A DNA stretch of 64,000 bases from Oscillospiraceae bacterium (GCA_045596005.1 JAZOBQ010000016.1:1783-65782), one strand, 5' to 3'; positions 44,708 to 54,893 are shown, counted from the first letter of the stretch. The notes: generated from the letters alone by a model not told the origin. Translations and numbers: made by a program.

Positions 44708-46411
44708 TTACATGAACCTTGCGCCCCAAGCGTCGCACCAGGGGTCAACGGGATTGGTGCCCTTGAAAGAGCTCTTGCCCGTAAGTTTATCCACAGCGGC
44801 TTCAACGCAGAAGCGGCTGGAAGAATAGCAGTTGATAAAGGTACTTATAAAGGGAACGTCTATCATGTGATAAGGAGAGCAGAAGCTCATGAAAAGGGTG
44901 GGTATATCCTTGATGTACCAGGGTTCGTTGGCTGCCATGAGGGGTATCCAGTCCAGACGGCGGGAGGTATAGTTCGAGCCGGTGGCAACATTGGCGGCAA
45001 CGATTGAGAGATCGAATTTCTGTTTCATATCTTCAGCACCGCAGAAGAAGATCTCACCGCGTTCCATACTTGCATAGTCGTAGAGACTGACCTCAAAACC
45101 GGCTTTTTCGAGAGCTTCTTTGAGAGGCTGGGTGATGTTTTCGCTTTCGCCGAAGCCGCCGCTCTGGTTTTCGCCGAGAACGGTGAGGCGGATGCGTCTG
45201 GTTTTTTCAGGGGAGATGGGCAAAAGTGCCTGATTGTCCTTGACGAGGGTGATGGCCTTGTCAGCACATTCCTCGGCCCAACGTGTGTGTTCATCGCAGC
45301 CGAGAACGCAAAGAGCCTCGGCGGAGGGCAGACTGCTGCGGTGGAGTCCGAGACTTGCCTTGAGCGCAAGCTGGCGGCATACGGCCTCATCGAGACGCTC
45401 ATAGCTGATCTCGCCGGATTCAAGACCCTCGCGGACGGCGGCATAGTCCTCATCAATGTTTTTGCAGAAAACTATCATATCTGCTCCGGCGCTGATAGAG
45501 GCACGGATGGCGTCAGACCTGCTGCGGAGGGCGGAAAAACCGACCATCGGGGTGGCGTCGGTGGTAATTAGACCGTTGAAACCGAGTTTTTCGCGGATGA
45601 TGCCCATAATGAGGTTGCGGCTCTGGGAGGCAGGGAGCATATCCTCGTCGCGGATGTCGGGATCGACCAATCTTTCCAAAGCGGGCTGGAGAATATGACC
45701 GCACATAATGGTCTGTGCGCCCTTGTCTATGAGAGACTTGTATACCATGCCGAAACCGGCCATCCACTCGTCTGACGAAAGGGAATTGACCGTGGGCATA
45801 AGGTGATGGTCGCGCTCGTCAACACCATCGCCGGGGAAGTGCTTTATGCATACGGCCATGGGACGCTCTGCGAGCGCAACGCCGTCCATATAGGCGGAGG
45901 CCATTTCGAGAACGGTTTTGGGATCGGAGCCAAAGGTGCGGACATTAGTGATGGGATTGCGCCAGTTATAGTCGATGTCGATTATGGGAGCGTATGCCCA
46001 GTTGCAGCCGACGGCGCAGCCTTCGCGGGCGCAGACGTAGCCGAGGCGTTTGGCCTGCTCGCTGTTCCCGGTGGCGGCGACCTGCAGAGGACGGCCGAAG
46101 AATGTGCCCTCGGGGGAAATGCCGTTTCCGCCGCTTTCGAGATTGCAGGGGAAGAGCATTGGAATCGCAGAAACGGCGTTCATGGCGGCGTAGGCTTTTT
46201 GAATGTCGCTGCCGTTTCCTGCGCGGTACATGAATGCACCGGGGCGGTATTTGCTTATGAGAGCCTGAAGCTGAGCGCAGTCGGTGGTGATATCGGTGAG
46301 GCAGAAAAGCTGACCGATCTTGTCCTCAGTGCTCATAGAGGCGAGACTTTCACGAACCCAGATAATATCCTCGTTGGAAAGATAAAAAGGTTTGGAACTG
46401 TAATCCAGCAT
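44708..46411 (-). CDS. glycoside hydrolase family 3 protein
   Basis: 567 aa. Contains 'EDKIGQLF', 'KHFPGDGVDERDHH' and 'GLITTDA' GH3 N-terminal domain motifs. Confidence 0.85.
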   Translation of the reverse strand: MLDYSSKPFYLSNEDIIWVRESLASMSTEDKIGQLFCLTDITTDCAQLQALISKYRPGAFMYRAGNGSDIQKAYAAMNAVSAIPMLFPCNLESGGNGISPEGTFFGRPLQVAATGNSEQAKRLGYVCAREGCAVGCNWAYAPIIDIDYNWRNPITNVRTFGSDPKTVLEMASAYMDGVALAERPMAVCIKHFPGDGVDERDHHLMPTVNSLSSDEWMAGFGMVYKSLIDKGAQTIMCGHILQPALERLVDPDIRDEDMLPASQSRNLIMGIIREKLGFNGLITTDATPMVGFSALRSRSDAIRASISAGADMIVFCKNIDEDYAAVREGLESGEISYERLDEAVCRQLALKASLGLHRSSLPSAEALCVLGCDEHTRWAEECADKAITLVKDNQALLPISPEKTRRIRLTVLGENQSGGFGESENITQPLKEALEKAGFEVSLYDYASMERGEIFFCGAEDMKQKFDLSIVAANVATGSNYTSRRLDWIPLMAANEPWYIKDIPTLFMSFCSPYHMIDVPFISTFINCYSSSRFCVEAAVDKLTGKSSFKGTNPVDPWCDAWGARFM

Positions 46412-46429
46412 TGGGGGATTCCTCCCGTG

Positions 46430-48844
46430 TTATAGAGTGAGAGAAGCGCTGAGACCGGTTTCGGTACTCACAGAAAGTGTGACGGAACTGTCGCAGCGAA
46501 GAATGGCGAGTGCGCGTCCTCTGTAAAGACGGCATTTGTTTTCGGTATAGTTGTGCAGAGGCTTCGGGTCGCCGCTGCCAAGACCAAGGAGAGTACCACC
46601 GACGAGAGAAAGGCTTATTTCGCAGTCATCGGCATCATAAATGAGACCGTTTTCATCGCGCAGGCAGATGTTCACATAGCGGATGCGGCCTTCGGAAGAC
46701 TCGGGTTCGAGGGAAACGGATGCGGCGGAAGAAGCGCTGTGCAGCCGGTGACGACCGATCTCGCTGCCGTTTTCATAGCTTATGGCCTCGATGGTGCCGG
46801 GGGTATAAACTGTCTCAAAAGAGGCGATAAAGCCTGCAGCCTTTCCGGCAGGCTTTCTGCCGAGAGACACGCCGTTTATGATAAGCTCAACTTCGTCGCC
46901 GGGGGAGTAGACCTCGACAACGACGGATTTGTTTTCAAATCCGGGGTATGTCCAGCTGCTGTGGCTGTCGCTGAGTACCCAGGGGGTTTTTATGAGCTTT
47001 TCGCCGTAATGCGCGGGGGATTGAACGGCGATATAGGGAGCGTTTCTGAGACCGAAAACCATCTCGCGCAGATAGGATGCGGGGCGGCGGAAGCCTGTTA
47101 TGTCGATATCGCCGCAATATGCGAGCTGGCAGGGATACTGTGCGCCGAAGCCACCCTCGCCGAAGCGGTATGCAGGAACACCGACGCCTGCTTCGCCGAT
47201 ATAGTCCCAACCGGTCCAGGTGAAATCACCGATGACGGAGGGAAGTTTTTCAACAAGCGCCCAATTGCGGGCAATCTGGGGAGGATAGGTCTCGCTGCCG
47301 ACGATGACGCGGTCGGGATAGCTGACGGAGTCAGGCTCATAGCGCGAGGCCATATAGTTGTAACCCACAAGGTCCATACCGACGGAGGCGGCATCGATTC
47401 GGGACGATACGAGAGGATGGCGTACGATCTCGTCCATATGGGTATCCATGGCGGTCATAAAATCGTTGACGTTGCCGACATCCTCGCCGCGTGAGGCTGC
47501 AGCGGAGATAACATCACCCATTATGCGGGGAACATGGTCGCCGGAGGCGAAAACGCCGTTAATGGAAACCATAGCGTAGCGAGTTGGGTCAAGGGTCTTA
47601 ATATATCCGACCATCTCGCGGCCAAAGGCAGAGCCCTGAGCGGTGCCGACTTCGGGTATCTCGTTGCCGAGAGAATAGAAAATGACGCTGGGATGGTTGT
47701 AGTCGTTTTTCACCATGGCTTCGATATCTTCGTGCCACCATTTGTCAATGAAAAGGGCATAGTCGTTGTCCTTTTTTGGCCGTGTCCACATATCGAAGCT
47801 CTCGTCCATCACATACATACCGAGCTTGTCGCAGGCGCGAAGCAGAGGAGCGGAGGCAGGGTTATGAGCGCAGCGAATGGCGTTGAAACCGGCCTGTTTG
47901 AGGATGCGGATCTTGCGCATTTCGGCTTCGTCGCAGGCAACGGCACCGAGGAGACCGTTGTCGTGATGTATGCAGGCTCCACGAAGATTTACGCTATTTC
48001 CGTTTACTCTCAGACCGCAGCGGGAGTCAAGCTTCAGAGTGCGAATGCCGAAATCGGCATCAAGACTGTCGATGACCTTGTCATTTTCTTCGAGGCGGGC
48101 GCGGCAGGAATAAAGATTTGGATCTTCCGCGCTCCAGAGTGCAGGGGAATCCACATTGAATTTTAACTCAATGGTTTCGTTTCTGCCGCCGAGCAGACTG
48201 ATGGGACAGCAAGCGGTGGATACAAGGCGTCCGGAGGGGTCAAAAATATCACAGACGAAGCTGAGGGAATGGCCGTTGAAACCTTTGTTGACGAGGGAAG
48301 CCTTGAGCTTCATGGAGGCATAATCGTCCTCGATATATTCGGTGGAGATCGCAATGCCTTCGTCGGCTATGCAGCACGCTTCGGAGCAGAGAAACCATAC
48401 ATCGCGGTAAATTCCGCTGCCGGAGTACCATCTGCTGTTGGGCATGCCGTTGTTTTTTACGAGCACGCGGAGCTCGTTTTTCTCCCCGTAAAGGAGATAG
48501 TCGTTCAGATATACTACGAAGGGGGAATAGCCGTAAGGGCGCTTTCCGACAAGCTGTCCGTTAAGATAGACGAGGGCGTTCATGTATATGCCCTCGAACT
48601 TCACGGCGACGAGCTTGCCACGCAGGCTTTCGGACGCGACGAATTCCTTGACATATACATAGTTTCCGCCGTCGCGGTAGGCTGTGTCACCGCCGTTGGG
48701 ACTGTCGGGACGGGGAGAACGCTCGAGCATTGCGTCGTGAGGGAGACTTATGTCGCGGGCATTTTCGGGAATATTCCAGACGAGGGAGAAGGCGTTGACT
48801 TCCTCCCAGAACTTCCAGTCATTGTTCCAAAGCTCATATTTCAT
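46430..48844 (-). CDS. glycoside hydrolase family 2 (beta-galactosidase/glucuronidase-like)
   Basis: 804 aa. Sugar-binding N-terminal domain ('VKFEGIYMNALVYLNGQLVG'). Catalytic region 'IRCAHNP', 'NHPSVIFYSLGNE' and 'GDFTWTGWDY'. Confidence 0.85.
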   Translation of the reverse strand: MKYELWNNDWKFWEEVNAFSLVWNIPENARDISLPHDAMLERSPRPDSPNGGDTAYRDGGNYVYVKEFVASESLRGKLVAVKFEGIYMNALVYLNGQLVGKRPYGYSPFVVYLNDYLLYGEKNELRVLVKNNGMPNSRWYSGSGIYRDVWFLCSEACCIADEGIAISTEYIEDDYASMKLKASLVNKGFNGHSLSFVCDIFDPSGRLVSTACCPISLLGGRNETIELKFNVDSPALWSAEDPNLYSCRARLEENDKVIDSLDADFGIRTLKLDSRCGLRVNGNSVNLRGACIHHDNGLLGAVACDEAEMRKIRILKQAGFNAIRCAHNPASAPLLRACDKLGMYVMDESFDMWTRPKKDNDYALFIDKWWHEDIEAMVKNDYNHPSVIFYSLGNEIPEVGTAQGSAFGREMVGYIKTLDPTRYAMVSINGVFASGDHVPRIMGDVISAAASRGEDVGNVNDFMTAMDTHMDEIVRHPLVSSRIDAASVGMDLVGYNYMASRYEPDSVSYPDRVIVGSETYPPQIARNWALVEKLPSVIGDFTWTGWDYIGEAGVGVPAYRFGEGGFGAQYPCQLAYCGDIDITGFRRPASYLREMVFGLRNAPYIAVQSPAHYGEKLIKTPWVLSDSHSSWTYPGFENKSVVVEVYSPGDEVELIINGVSLGRKPAGKAAGFIASFETVYTPGTIEAISYENGSEIGRHRLHSASSAASVSLEPESSEGRIRYVNICLRDENGLIYDADDCEISLSLVGGTLLGLGSGDPKPLHNYTENKCRLYRGRALAILRCDSSVTLSVSTETGLSASLTL

Positions 48845-48863
48845 ATGTTGTGCCTCCGGGAAA

Positions 48864-49709
48864 TCAAAGAGAGTTGCTGCCGTAAAGCTGCATCATATCG
48901 GCTTTGTTGATGAAGAAGGATGCGCCGCCCCAACACACGCGGCAGAGTTTGTGCTCGGGGTCGCCCTGCTCGGCGTAGAAGTGGTTGAGCTTGTCTTCGA
49001 TAAGGGCGTCGCCGGCATAAATATGTTCCACGAGGGAGATGTAGTCGTCGATGTAGGAATGGGCGATGGGAGCGCCGTTATGGGCAGGGAAGATAAGGTC
49101 GCTTTCGAGCATTCTGCTGCGGAGCCTGAGCGTGTTTGCGTGGTGGGCGCGCAGTTTTTCGTCGAGGACGAAGTCCACGCCGGGAATGGCCTCGGTCTCA
49201 TACATGAGGACCTGGGCGCTCTCAAGCTCGTCCCCGACGAATATGAAGCCGTTTTTTCTGTCGATATAGGCGAGAGAGCCGTTGGAATGGGCGGAGATGT
49301 CCATAAGCTCAATGCTGCGCTCGCCAAGCTCGATGATGTCGCCGTCTTTGACGAACTTGCATTCGTAATCGGGATAAGGTAGGGCGCTGAGGTCAAAAGG
49401 CGCGCGGTGGCAGGTGTAGATATCATCTTTGCCGCCGGGGAGCATTATTACGCTGTCCCATTCGCCGTTGCCGCCGGAATGGTCGAGGTGGCCGTGGGAG
49501 TTGGAGACGATAAGAGGCTTGTCGGTGAGTCTTTCGACGTGAGCACGGAGATTTCCGGCACCCCATCCGGTGTCTATGAGGAGGGCTTTGTCCTTGCCTT
49601 CAAGCAGGTACATATTCTGAGAGCCGCCCATGAAGTTGATGACCCATGTATCGGCATTTATTTTCCAACTCATATAAGAGCCAAAAATCTGAACAGGATT
49701 GGGTTCCAT
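48864..49709 (-). CDS. MBL-fold metallo-hydrolase
   Basis: 281 aa. 'SNSHGHLDHSGGN' HxHxDH motif, with later His/Asp ligands ('DISAHSNG'). Confidence 0.8.
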   Translation of the reverse strand: MEPNPVQIFGSYMSWKINADTWVINFMGGSQNMYLLEGKDKALLIDTGWGAGNLRAHVERLTDKPLIVSNSHGHLDHSGGNGEWDSVIMLPGGKDDIYTCHRAPFDLSALPYPDYECKFVKDGDIIELGERSIELMDISAHSNGSLAYIDRKNGFIFVGDELESAQVLMYETEAIPGVDFVLDEKLRAHHANTLRLRSRMLESDLIFPAHNGAPIAHSYIDDYISLVEHIYAGDALIEDKLNHFYAEQGDPEHKLCRVCWGGASFFINKADMMQLYGSNSL

Positions 49710-49786
49710 ATTGTTATCTCCTTTCGTATATCAAGACCCCCGTGGCTTTGCCTCGGGGGTCATATTGTGTCCGTATTATTATACGC

Positions 49787-50791
49787 TCAATTCTGTGTGG
49801 CGGCAATAGCGCGGGACTTCTTTTCTTTCCAGGCTTTGTGAAGTGCGAACTTATAACTGTTGGAGGTATAGACGAGGAAGAGCAGAACGACAACGCCGTC
49901 CATAACGGTCTTCATGGAGCTTCCGCAGCCCAGTTTGACAAGACCGGAGGTGAGGCAGGCTTGGCAGAATGCACCGATCATGGTACCGATGTTTCTGTCG
50001 GAATATCTTGCAAGAGCCTGACCGATGAACATGGGCAGGAAGGCGCTCATCATGTAAGAGGAACTGGAAAGACCGGCCTTGGGTGCGACCATACCGTTTT
50101 TGCAAAGGAAGAGTACACCGGCGCAGGCCATCATGGCACCCGCGATAATGTAGCAGATGAGAGAGTTGCTTTTTTCATTAACGCCGACCTCCACGGCATT
50201 TTTCTGGCCTGTCTGGAGGGAACGGCAGTTGTAGCCGAATTTAGTGAAGTTCAGAAGATAGATAAGAATGATAAGTACGACAAGGGTGAGCAGAATGCTG
50301 TAGACAGGCTCGCTCCAGATGAGGAGGTCGAACTCGGTCATAAGACGAACGCCCTTGGACTTATTGATGGAAAAGCCTATCGCCTCGAAGACCATGGCAA
50401 CACCGAGAGAGGAGACCATGGGAGGCAGCTTGAGAGTAATATAGACGATGCCGGAGATAAGACCGCATACCATGCCTATGGCAATGCAGACGAGCAGCAT
50501 CATAACAGGACCCATGCCCAGCTCTTTGGCGAGGTTGCCGCCGCCGATAACGGAGAGCAGCAGAACGCTGCCGACAGAGAAGTCGAAACGTCCGGAAGTG
50601 AGGTTATAGCTGAGGGCAAGGGCGATGAAACCCGAGTAAAGGGTGTTGTACAAAATGGTCTTGAGGTCTCCACCGACGCCGAAACCGGCCTCTCCGAAGA
50701 GATTGGTAGCCAGCATGAAAAGAAGATAGACGATGATGGCGGGAGCGACCGTGATGAGAGAATTCTTCAGTATACGCAAGAGTTTGTTCAT
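49787..50791 (-). CDS. sugar ABC transporter permease (CUT2/RbsC-like)
   Basis: 334 aa. Polytopic, Gly/Ala/Leu-rich, in an operon with a duplicated-ATPase gene. Confidence 0.8.
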   Translation of the reverse strand: MNKLLRILKNSLITVAPAIIVYLLFMLATNLFGEAGFGVGGDLKTILYNTLYSGFIALALSYNLTSGRFDFSVGSVLLLSVIGGGNLAKELGMGPVMMLLVCIAIGMVCGLISGIVYITLKLPPMVSSLGVAMVFEAIGFSINKSKGVRLMTEFDLLIWSEPVYSILLTLVVLIILIYLLNFTKFGYNCRSLQTGQKNAVEVGVNEKSNSLICYIIAGAMMACAGVLFLCKNGMVAPKAGLSSSSYMMSAFLPMFIGQALARYSDRNIGTMIGAFCQACLTSGLVKLGCGSSMKTVMDGVVVLLFLVYTSNSYKFALHKAWKEKKSRAIAATQN

Positions 50792-50816
50792 AAGCGCACC
50801 TCTTCTTTCAGGGTGA

Positions 50817-50840
50817 GGGGCGGGCGGTTTGTCCCGCCCC
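50817..50840 (-). promoter_or_regulatory. intra-operon GC-rich stem-loop after the substrate-binding protein gene
   Basis: GGGGCGGG (50817-50824) / CCCGCCCC (50833-50840) with an 8-nt loop, in the 95-nt gap between the SBP stop and the permease start. No U-tract. Confidence 0.5.
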
Positions 50841-50886
50841 TGCCCCTGTTTAGCGTAGGGTTAATATATTGCTGTAGGTATGAAGC

Positions 50887-52131
50887 TTAGCGACGAGCCT
50901 GGATCTCCTCTGCGGTAACAGCAGTGTAGAGAGCGGCATAATCTTCAACAGTGACGTCGGGGTTGTAAGCAACGAGCAGCTCGCGGATATCGTCGATGTC
51001 GAATGCCCAGCCGTTGTCGCCACCCTGGATGGAGCCGTAGTAACCGGCCTGCTCAACGCTGGTGACCTTCCACCAACCGGAGTCTATCAGAGGAGCGGTG
51101 CCGTCAGCATTGCGGATGGGAGTGCCCTGAACAGCGTTGATGATGAGGGGAATGCCCATGCCGAAAACGTCGATGATCTCGGTAGCGGTACCGACATAGA
51201 AGCCTGCGCCGAACATGCCGATAGCGGCTTCACCCATGGTCTCGCCGGCAGCAGCGACCTTGACCTGGCCGAACTTGCCTGCATCCTGCATGGGCTTGAT
51301 CCACATGAGAGCGGTGAGGGTGGAGTAGATACCGTCAACCTCGTCCATGCCGAGAACGGTGGTCTGGCCTGCCTCGAAAGCACCGTCGGTGCCGGGGAAG
51401 CCTGCTACTTCGTAAACGAGCTCGATGTCAACGCCCTTTGCCTGGAAGTCGGCAATAGCGTCCATGGCGCCCTGCCAACGGTCTATGAACATCTGAACGC
51501 CGAAGTTCTTACCGCCGGAAACGCCAGCGATCTTGTGGCAGCCGGCTTCGACCAGCATCTCAATGCAGCCGTAACCGTACTCATAGTCAGCATTGCCGAC
51601 ATAGAAGGAACCGAGGTAGTAGGGGTTAGCCATGATCTCGGGGTTCTCTACGATGGCCTTGTTTGCGCCCTGGCCGAAGTAGTACATGCCGTACTCAGCA
51701 GCCTTCAGGAGAGCCTGTTCGTTGGAGACGTTGTAGTAACCGAAGATGGCGTCGCAGCCGGCAGCGGCGCAGGCGTCGATGAAGGCCAGCTCGCCTTCTG
51801 CGGAGTTGAGAGCTTCGGAAGCCATGATCTCAATGTTGTAAGCCTCAGCGAGATACTCGAAATAGCTTTCGAGAACCAGCCACTGCTCAGCGGTGGGGTC
51901 ATAGTTTACAAAACCGATTTTGATGGTCTCTGCGGGATAGCGACCCTTGGAGTCGGTCTCGGGCTCTGCGGGAGCAGCGGGCTCAGCAGGAGCGGCGGGA
52001 TCTGCGGGAGCAGCAGGCTCTGCGGGAGCAGCGGGCTCTGCGGGAGCTGCAGGCTCGGCGGGAGCACCGCCACAGGCAGCAAGGGCGAATACCATTGCCA
52101 GAGCCAGCAGCAGGGAAATAAGCTTTTTCAT
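50887..52131 (-). CDS. ABC transporter substrate-binding lipoprotein (PBP type 1-like) with Pro/Ala/Glu repeat linker
   Basis: 414 aa. Lipobox 'ALAAC', followed by GGAPAEPAAPAEPAAPAEPAAPADPAAPAEPAAPAEPETD, then a periplasmic-binding fold ('IKIGFVNYD'). Confidence 0.8.
   Translation of the reverse strand: MKKLISLLLALAMVFALAACGGAPAEPAAPAEPAAPAEPAAPADPAAPAEPAAPAEPETDSKGRYPAETIKIGFVNYDPTAEQWLVLESYFEYLAEAYNIEIMASEALNSAEGELAFIDACAAAGCDAIFGYYNVSNEQALLKAAEYGMYYFGQGANKAIVENPEIMANPYYLGSFYVGNADYEYGYGCIEMLVEAGCHKIAGVSGGKNFGVQMFIDRWQGAMDAIADFQAKGVDIELVYEVAGFPGTDGAFEAGQTTVLGMDEVDGIYSTLTALMWIKPMQDAGKFGQVKVAAAGETMGEAAIGMFGAGFYVGTATEIIDVFGMGIPLIINAVQGTPIRNADGTAPLIDSGWWKVTSVEQAGYYGSIQGGDNGWAFDIDDIRELLVAYNPDVTVEDYAALYTAVTAEEIQARR
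51958..52066 (-). repeat. about six tandem 18-nt units encoding (PAEPAA)n
   Basis: Read directly: repeated ctgcgggagcagc(g/a)ggct units on the plus strand. They lie in frame within the SBP gene. Confidence 0.7.
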
Positions 52132-52213
52132 AATGTTTCCTCCTTAGTAATTTAGAGACTAACTATCTATGCATACGGGCTGTTGCTCCGATACATACAG
52201 GTGTTGCCCGGAC

Positions 52214-53170
52214 TTACCTGGGCAGAAGCTTGGTGCGATAGGTCATGCTTGCTACATATACAACGGCGATAAACACGATGGCGCGGAATATCTGTATGGT
52301 GGCGGTGGAGAGATTCATCATGGTAAGACCCATGTTCAGAACGGTGATGGTTGCGGAGCCGACCAGACCTGCGCTGATGCGGCTGCGGGGGCCGCCGGTG
52401 AGAGGCATGCCGCCGAGAACGAGAGCGACCATAACGTCGGTACCCATGGAGCTGCCGGTGGCGGAGCCTGCGGTGCGGGTGCGCATGAGCATTACAAATG
52501 CGGCAAGGGCAACGCCAAAAGCTGCCACGACGAAAGCGAGGATCTTGACTTTGGCGGGCTTGAGACCGGTCTGACGGAAGGTTATGGGGTTGCCGCCGAG
52601 AAGCTTTACTTCGCGGCCAAGTCTCGTGTAGTTGAAAAGGAAAAGGCAGACGAGAAAATAAATAACCAGAACGGCCAGATTCAGCCAGGTGAGCTGCGTG
52701 TCGTTGAGGGTGATGATGGGTTTGACGGCGTTGGAGAAGAAAATGGTGGTCTCGGTGCCCATCATAACGAGAACGAGTGCGCTGAGGATGGAACCCAGAA
52801 CGATGGTGACTATGAAGAGGGGAACCTCGACGTAGGCAGCGAAAAGACCCTTGAGAATATTCAGCACAAGGGAGGTGGCCAGACAGCCGACAAAGACCAT
52901 GAAAGCACTGCCGGTGGCGATGCCGACATAGCAGCCGACAACGGCGCTCATGCAGAGAGTGCCGCCCATGGACATATCAAAGCAGCCGGAACCGAATACG
53001 AAAACGGAGCCGATACTGACAAGTGCGGTCAGCATGACTGTTGCCAGCATACCCTGAAGCGTGGACACGGCGAGAAGCTTGCCCTTAGTGAGTATGGCAA
53101 AGACGATCACCACAAGAGCAAAGCCGATTATGGGGAAATAATTTTTGAGACGGTCAGCGAATTTTTTCAT
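52214..53170 (-). CDS. sugar ABC transporter permease (CUT2/RbsC-like)
   Basis: 318 aa, polytopic, paralogous in character to 49787..50791. Confidence 0.8.
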   Translation of the reverse strand: MKKFADRLKNYFPIIGFALVVIVFAILTKGKLLAVSTLQGMLATVMLTALVSIGSVFVFGSGCFDMSMGGTLCMSAVVGCYVGIATGSAFMVFVGCLATSLVLNILKGLFAAYVEVPLFIVTIVLGSILSALVLVMMGTETTIFFSNAVKPIITLNDTQLTWLNLAVLVIYFLVCLFLFNYTRLGREVKLLGGNPITFRQTGLKPAKVKILAFVVAAFGVALAAFVMLMRTRTAGSATGSSMGTDVMVALVLGGMPLTGGPRSRISAGLVGSATITVLNMGLTMMNLSTATIQIFRAIVFIAVVYVASMTYRTKLLPR

Positions 53171-53186
53171 TTCTTTTCCCCTCCTT

Positions 53187-54695
53187 TTAAATCATGCAGT
53201 CAATGATCTGACTGTCGCGGAGCTCGGGACTGCGCATAAACTCACCGGCCAGACTTCCGTCTTTGAGGATAAGAAGACGGTCTGCCATGCCGATTAGTTC
53301 AGCGAGCTCCTCGGAGATCATGATTATTGTTTTTCCTGCGGCCTTCATGTCCTCAATGAGTTGGTACATGGCGGCTTTTACGCCGATATCGACGCCGCGG
53401 GTGGGACAGTCAAGAATGAGAATGTCGCAGTCCTTGCCGACCCATTTGCCGAAGACGACCTTCTGCTTGTTGCCGCCGGAGAGGTACTGAACGTTCTGTT
53501 CGATGGAAGCGCACTTGATGGACAGTGACTCCACCTGAGTGTTTACATATGCCTTTTCGGCTGCGGGGGTGATAATGATACCCTTGTTGATCTTGTCCAG
53601 TGCAGCGGAGGCGATGTTGTCTCTGATGGACGCTGCGAGGACGAGTGCTTCCTTGTCACGATCCTTGGAAACATAGCCGAAGCCGAGGGAGGTGGACTGA
53701 GCGGCGCTCGTGATGCACTGACCGGAGGGAACGTGCAAAACAGAGCCGGTGAGGAGTTTCTCGTCGCCGAAAAGCACTTTGCCGAGCTCGTGCATACCGC
53801 AGTGGGAAAGTCCGCCGATGCCGAGGATCTCACCCTTGTGGACCTGCATCGAGAAGTTGATGAGCAATCCGGAGCCGGAGGTAACATCCTTTACGTCGAG
53901 CACTATCTCGTCGCTGAGCTCGCAGTTGAAGTCGCTGCGGTAATACTTTTCGCCCATTTCGCGTCCGACCATGTGCTTTTTTATGAGGTTTGAGTCGAAT
54001 TCGCTGCGGTCGAGAGCGGCTATGTAGTTGCCGTCGCGGAGGACGACCATGCGGTCGCATATCTCCATGAGTTCTTCAAGGTCGTGGGAGATGAAGATAA
54101 CGCACTTGTTTTCGTCGCGCATCTTTTTCATAATGCTGTAAATGATGTCGCGGCCTCTCTGGCTCAGTGCGGTGGTGGTTTCGTCGACGACCAGAACTTC
54201 GGGTTCGGCAGCCATGACGCGGGCAAGCTCAACGAGCTTTCTGTCCTGTATGTTGAGGTTGTCGATCACCTGTGCGGCGTTGATGTCGCTGCAGCCGATG
54301 TCGTTGAGTGCTTTCTGCGCGGCGCGGTTCATGGCGCTGCGGGAAATACCGGGGCCGCGGCGGAACTGACCTTCCTTGCCGAGGAAGATGTTCTGGGCAA
54401 TGCTGATGCCGGGAACGTAACCCTGTTCCTGAACTATCATGCCGATGCCCTTTGCGGCGCCTTCAATCATGGTGGACACCTTGTGGAGCTGTCCCTTGTA
54501 GTAGATCTCGCCGCTTGTGGCGGGCTGCATGCCGGCCAGAATGGAGGTTATGGTGGACTTGCCGGAGCCGTTTTCTCCGATGAGTCCGGTGATCTGTCCG
54601 CGATAGATTTTCAGATCAACATGGTTCAAAGCTATGGTGGGGCCGAAATTCTTGCAGAGGTCTTTGGTTTCTATGATCAGCTGTTGTTCGTTCAT
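53187..54695 (-). CDS. sugar ABC transporter ATP-binding protein (fused double ATPase, RbsA/MglA-like)
   Basis: ORF 53187..54731 trimmed to ATG 54695 (MNEQQLIIETKDL). Walker A 'GENGSGKST', Walker B region 'VLVVDETT..LS', second-half signature 'LSGGNKQK' and 'ILILDCPTRGVD'. Confidence 0.9.
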   Translation of the reverse strand: MNEQQLIIETKDLCKNFGPTIALNHVDLKIYRGQITGLIGENGSGKSTITSILAGMQPATSGEIYYKGQLHKVSTMIEGAAKGIGMIVQEQGYVPGISIAQNIFLGKEGQFRRGPGISRSAMNRAAQKALNDIGCSDINAAQVIDNLNIQDRKLVELARVMAAEPEVLVVDETTTALSQRGRDIIYSIMKKMRDENKCVIFISHDLEELMEICDRMVVLRDGNYIAALDRSEFDSNLIKKHMVGREMGEKYYRSDFNCELSDEIVLDVKDVTSGSGLLINFSMQVHKGEILGIGGLSHCGMHELGKVLFGDEKLLTGSVLHVPSGQCITSAAQSTSLGFGYVSKDRDKEALVLAASIRDNIASAALDKINKGIIITPAAEKAYVNTQVESLSIKCASIEQNVQYLSGGNKQKVVFGKWVGKDCDILILDCPTRGVDIGVKAAMYQLIEDMKAAGKTIIMISEELAELIGMADRLLILKDGSLAGEFMRSPELRDSQIIDCMI

Positions 54696-54835
54696 GGCAT
54701 GGTCACCCCGTAAATTTAGTAACTTTGACATCCGAAATTGAATGAAATAGCCTTTATTATATTAAATATAACAAAACTGACCATTACAGTACACACACGA
54801 TTCGGCTTGAAATCCGACTTTTTTTGATACATGCA

Positions 54836-54865
54836 TTGACAGTATCTATGCTTAATGATTATACT
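54836..54865 (+). promoter_or_regulatory. sigma-A-type promoter for the AraC regulator
   Basis: TTGACA-N18-TATACT read directly. The ORF-track ATG 54855 lies inside it, which favours the downstream GTG start. Confidence 0.5.
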
Positions 54866-54893
54866 TGTATCAAAAGAGGGGAGGGCGCGAATT

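Noticed and set aside
51958-52066. Regular 18-nt tandem repeats, considered as a possible CRISPR or minisatellite element
   Set aside because: There are no spacers. The repeats lie in frame inside the SBP gene and encode a PAEPAA linker. No cas genes are present.
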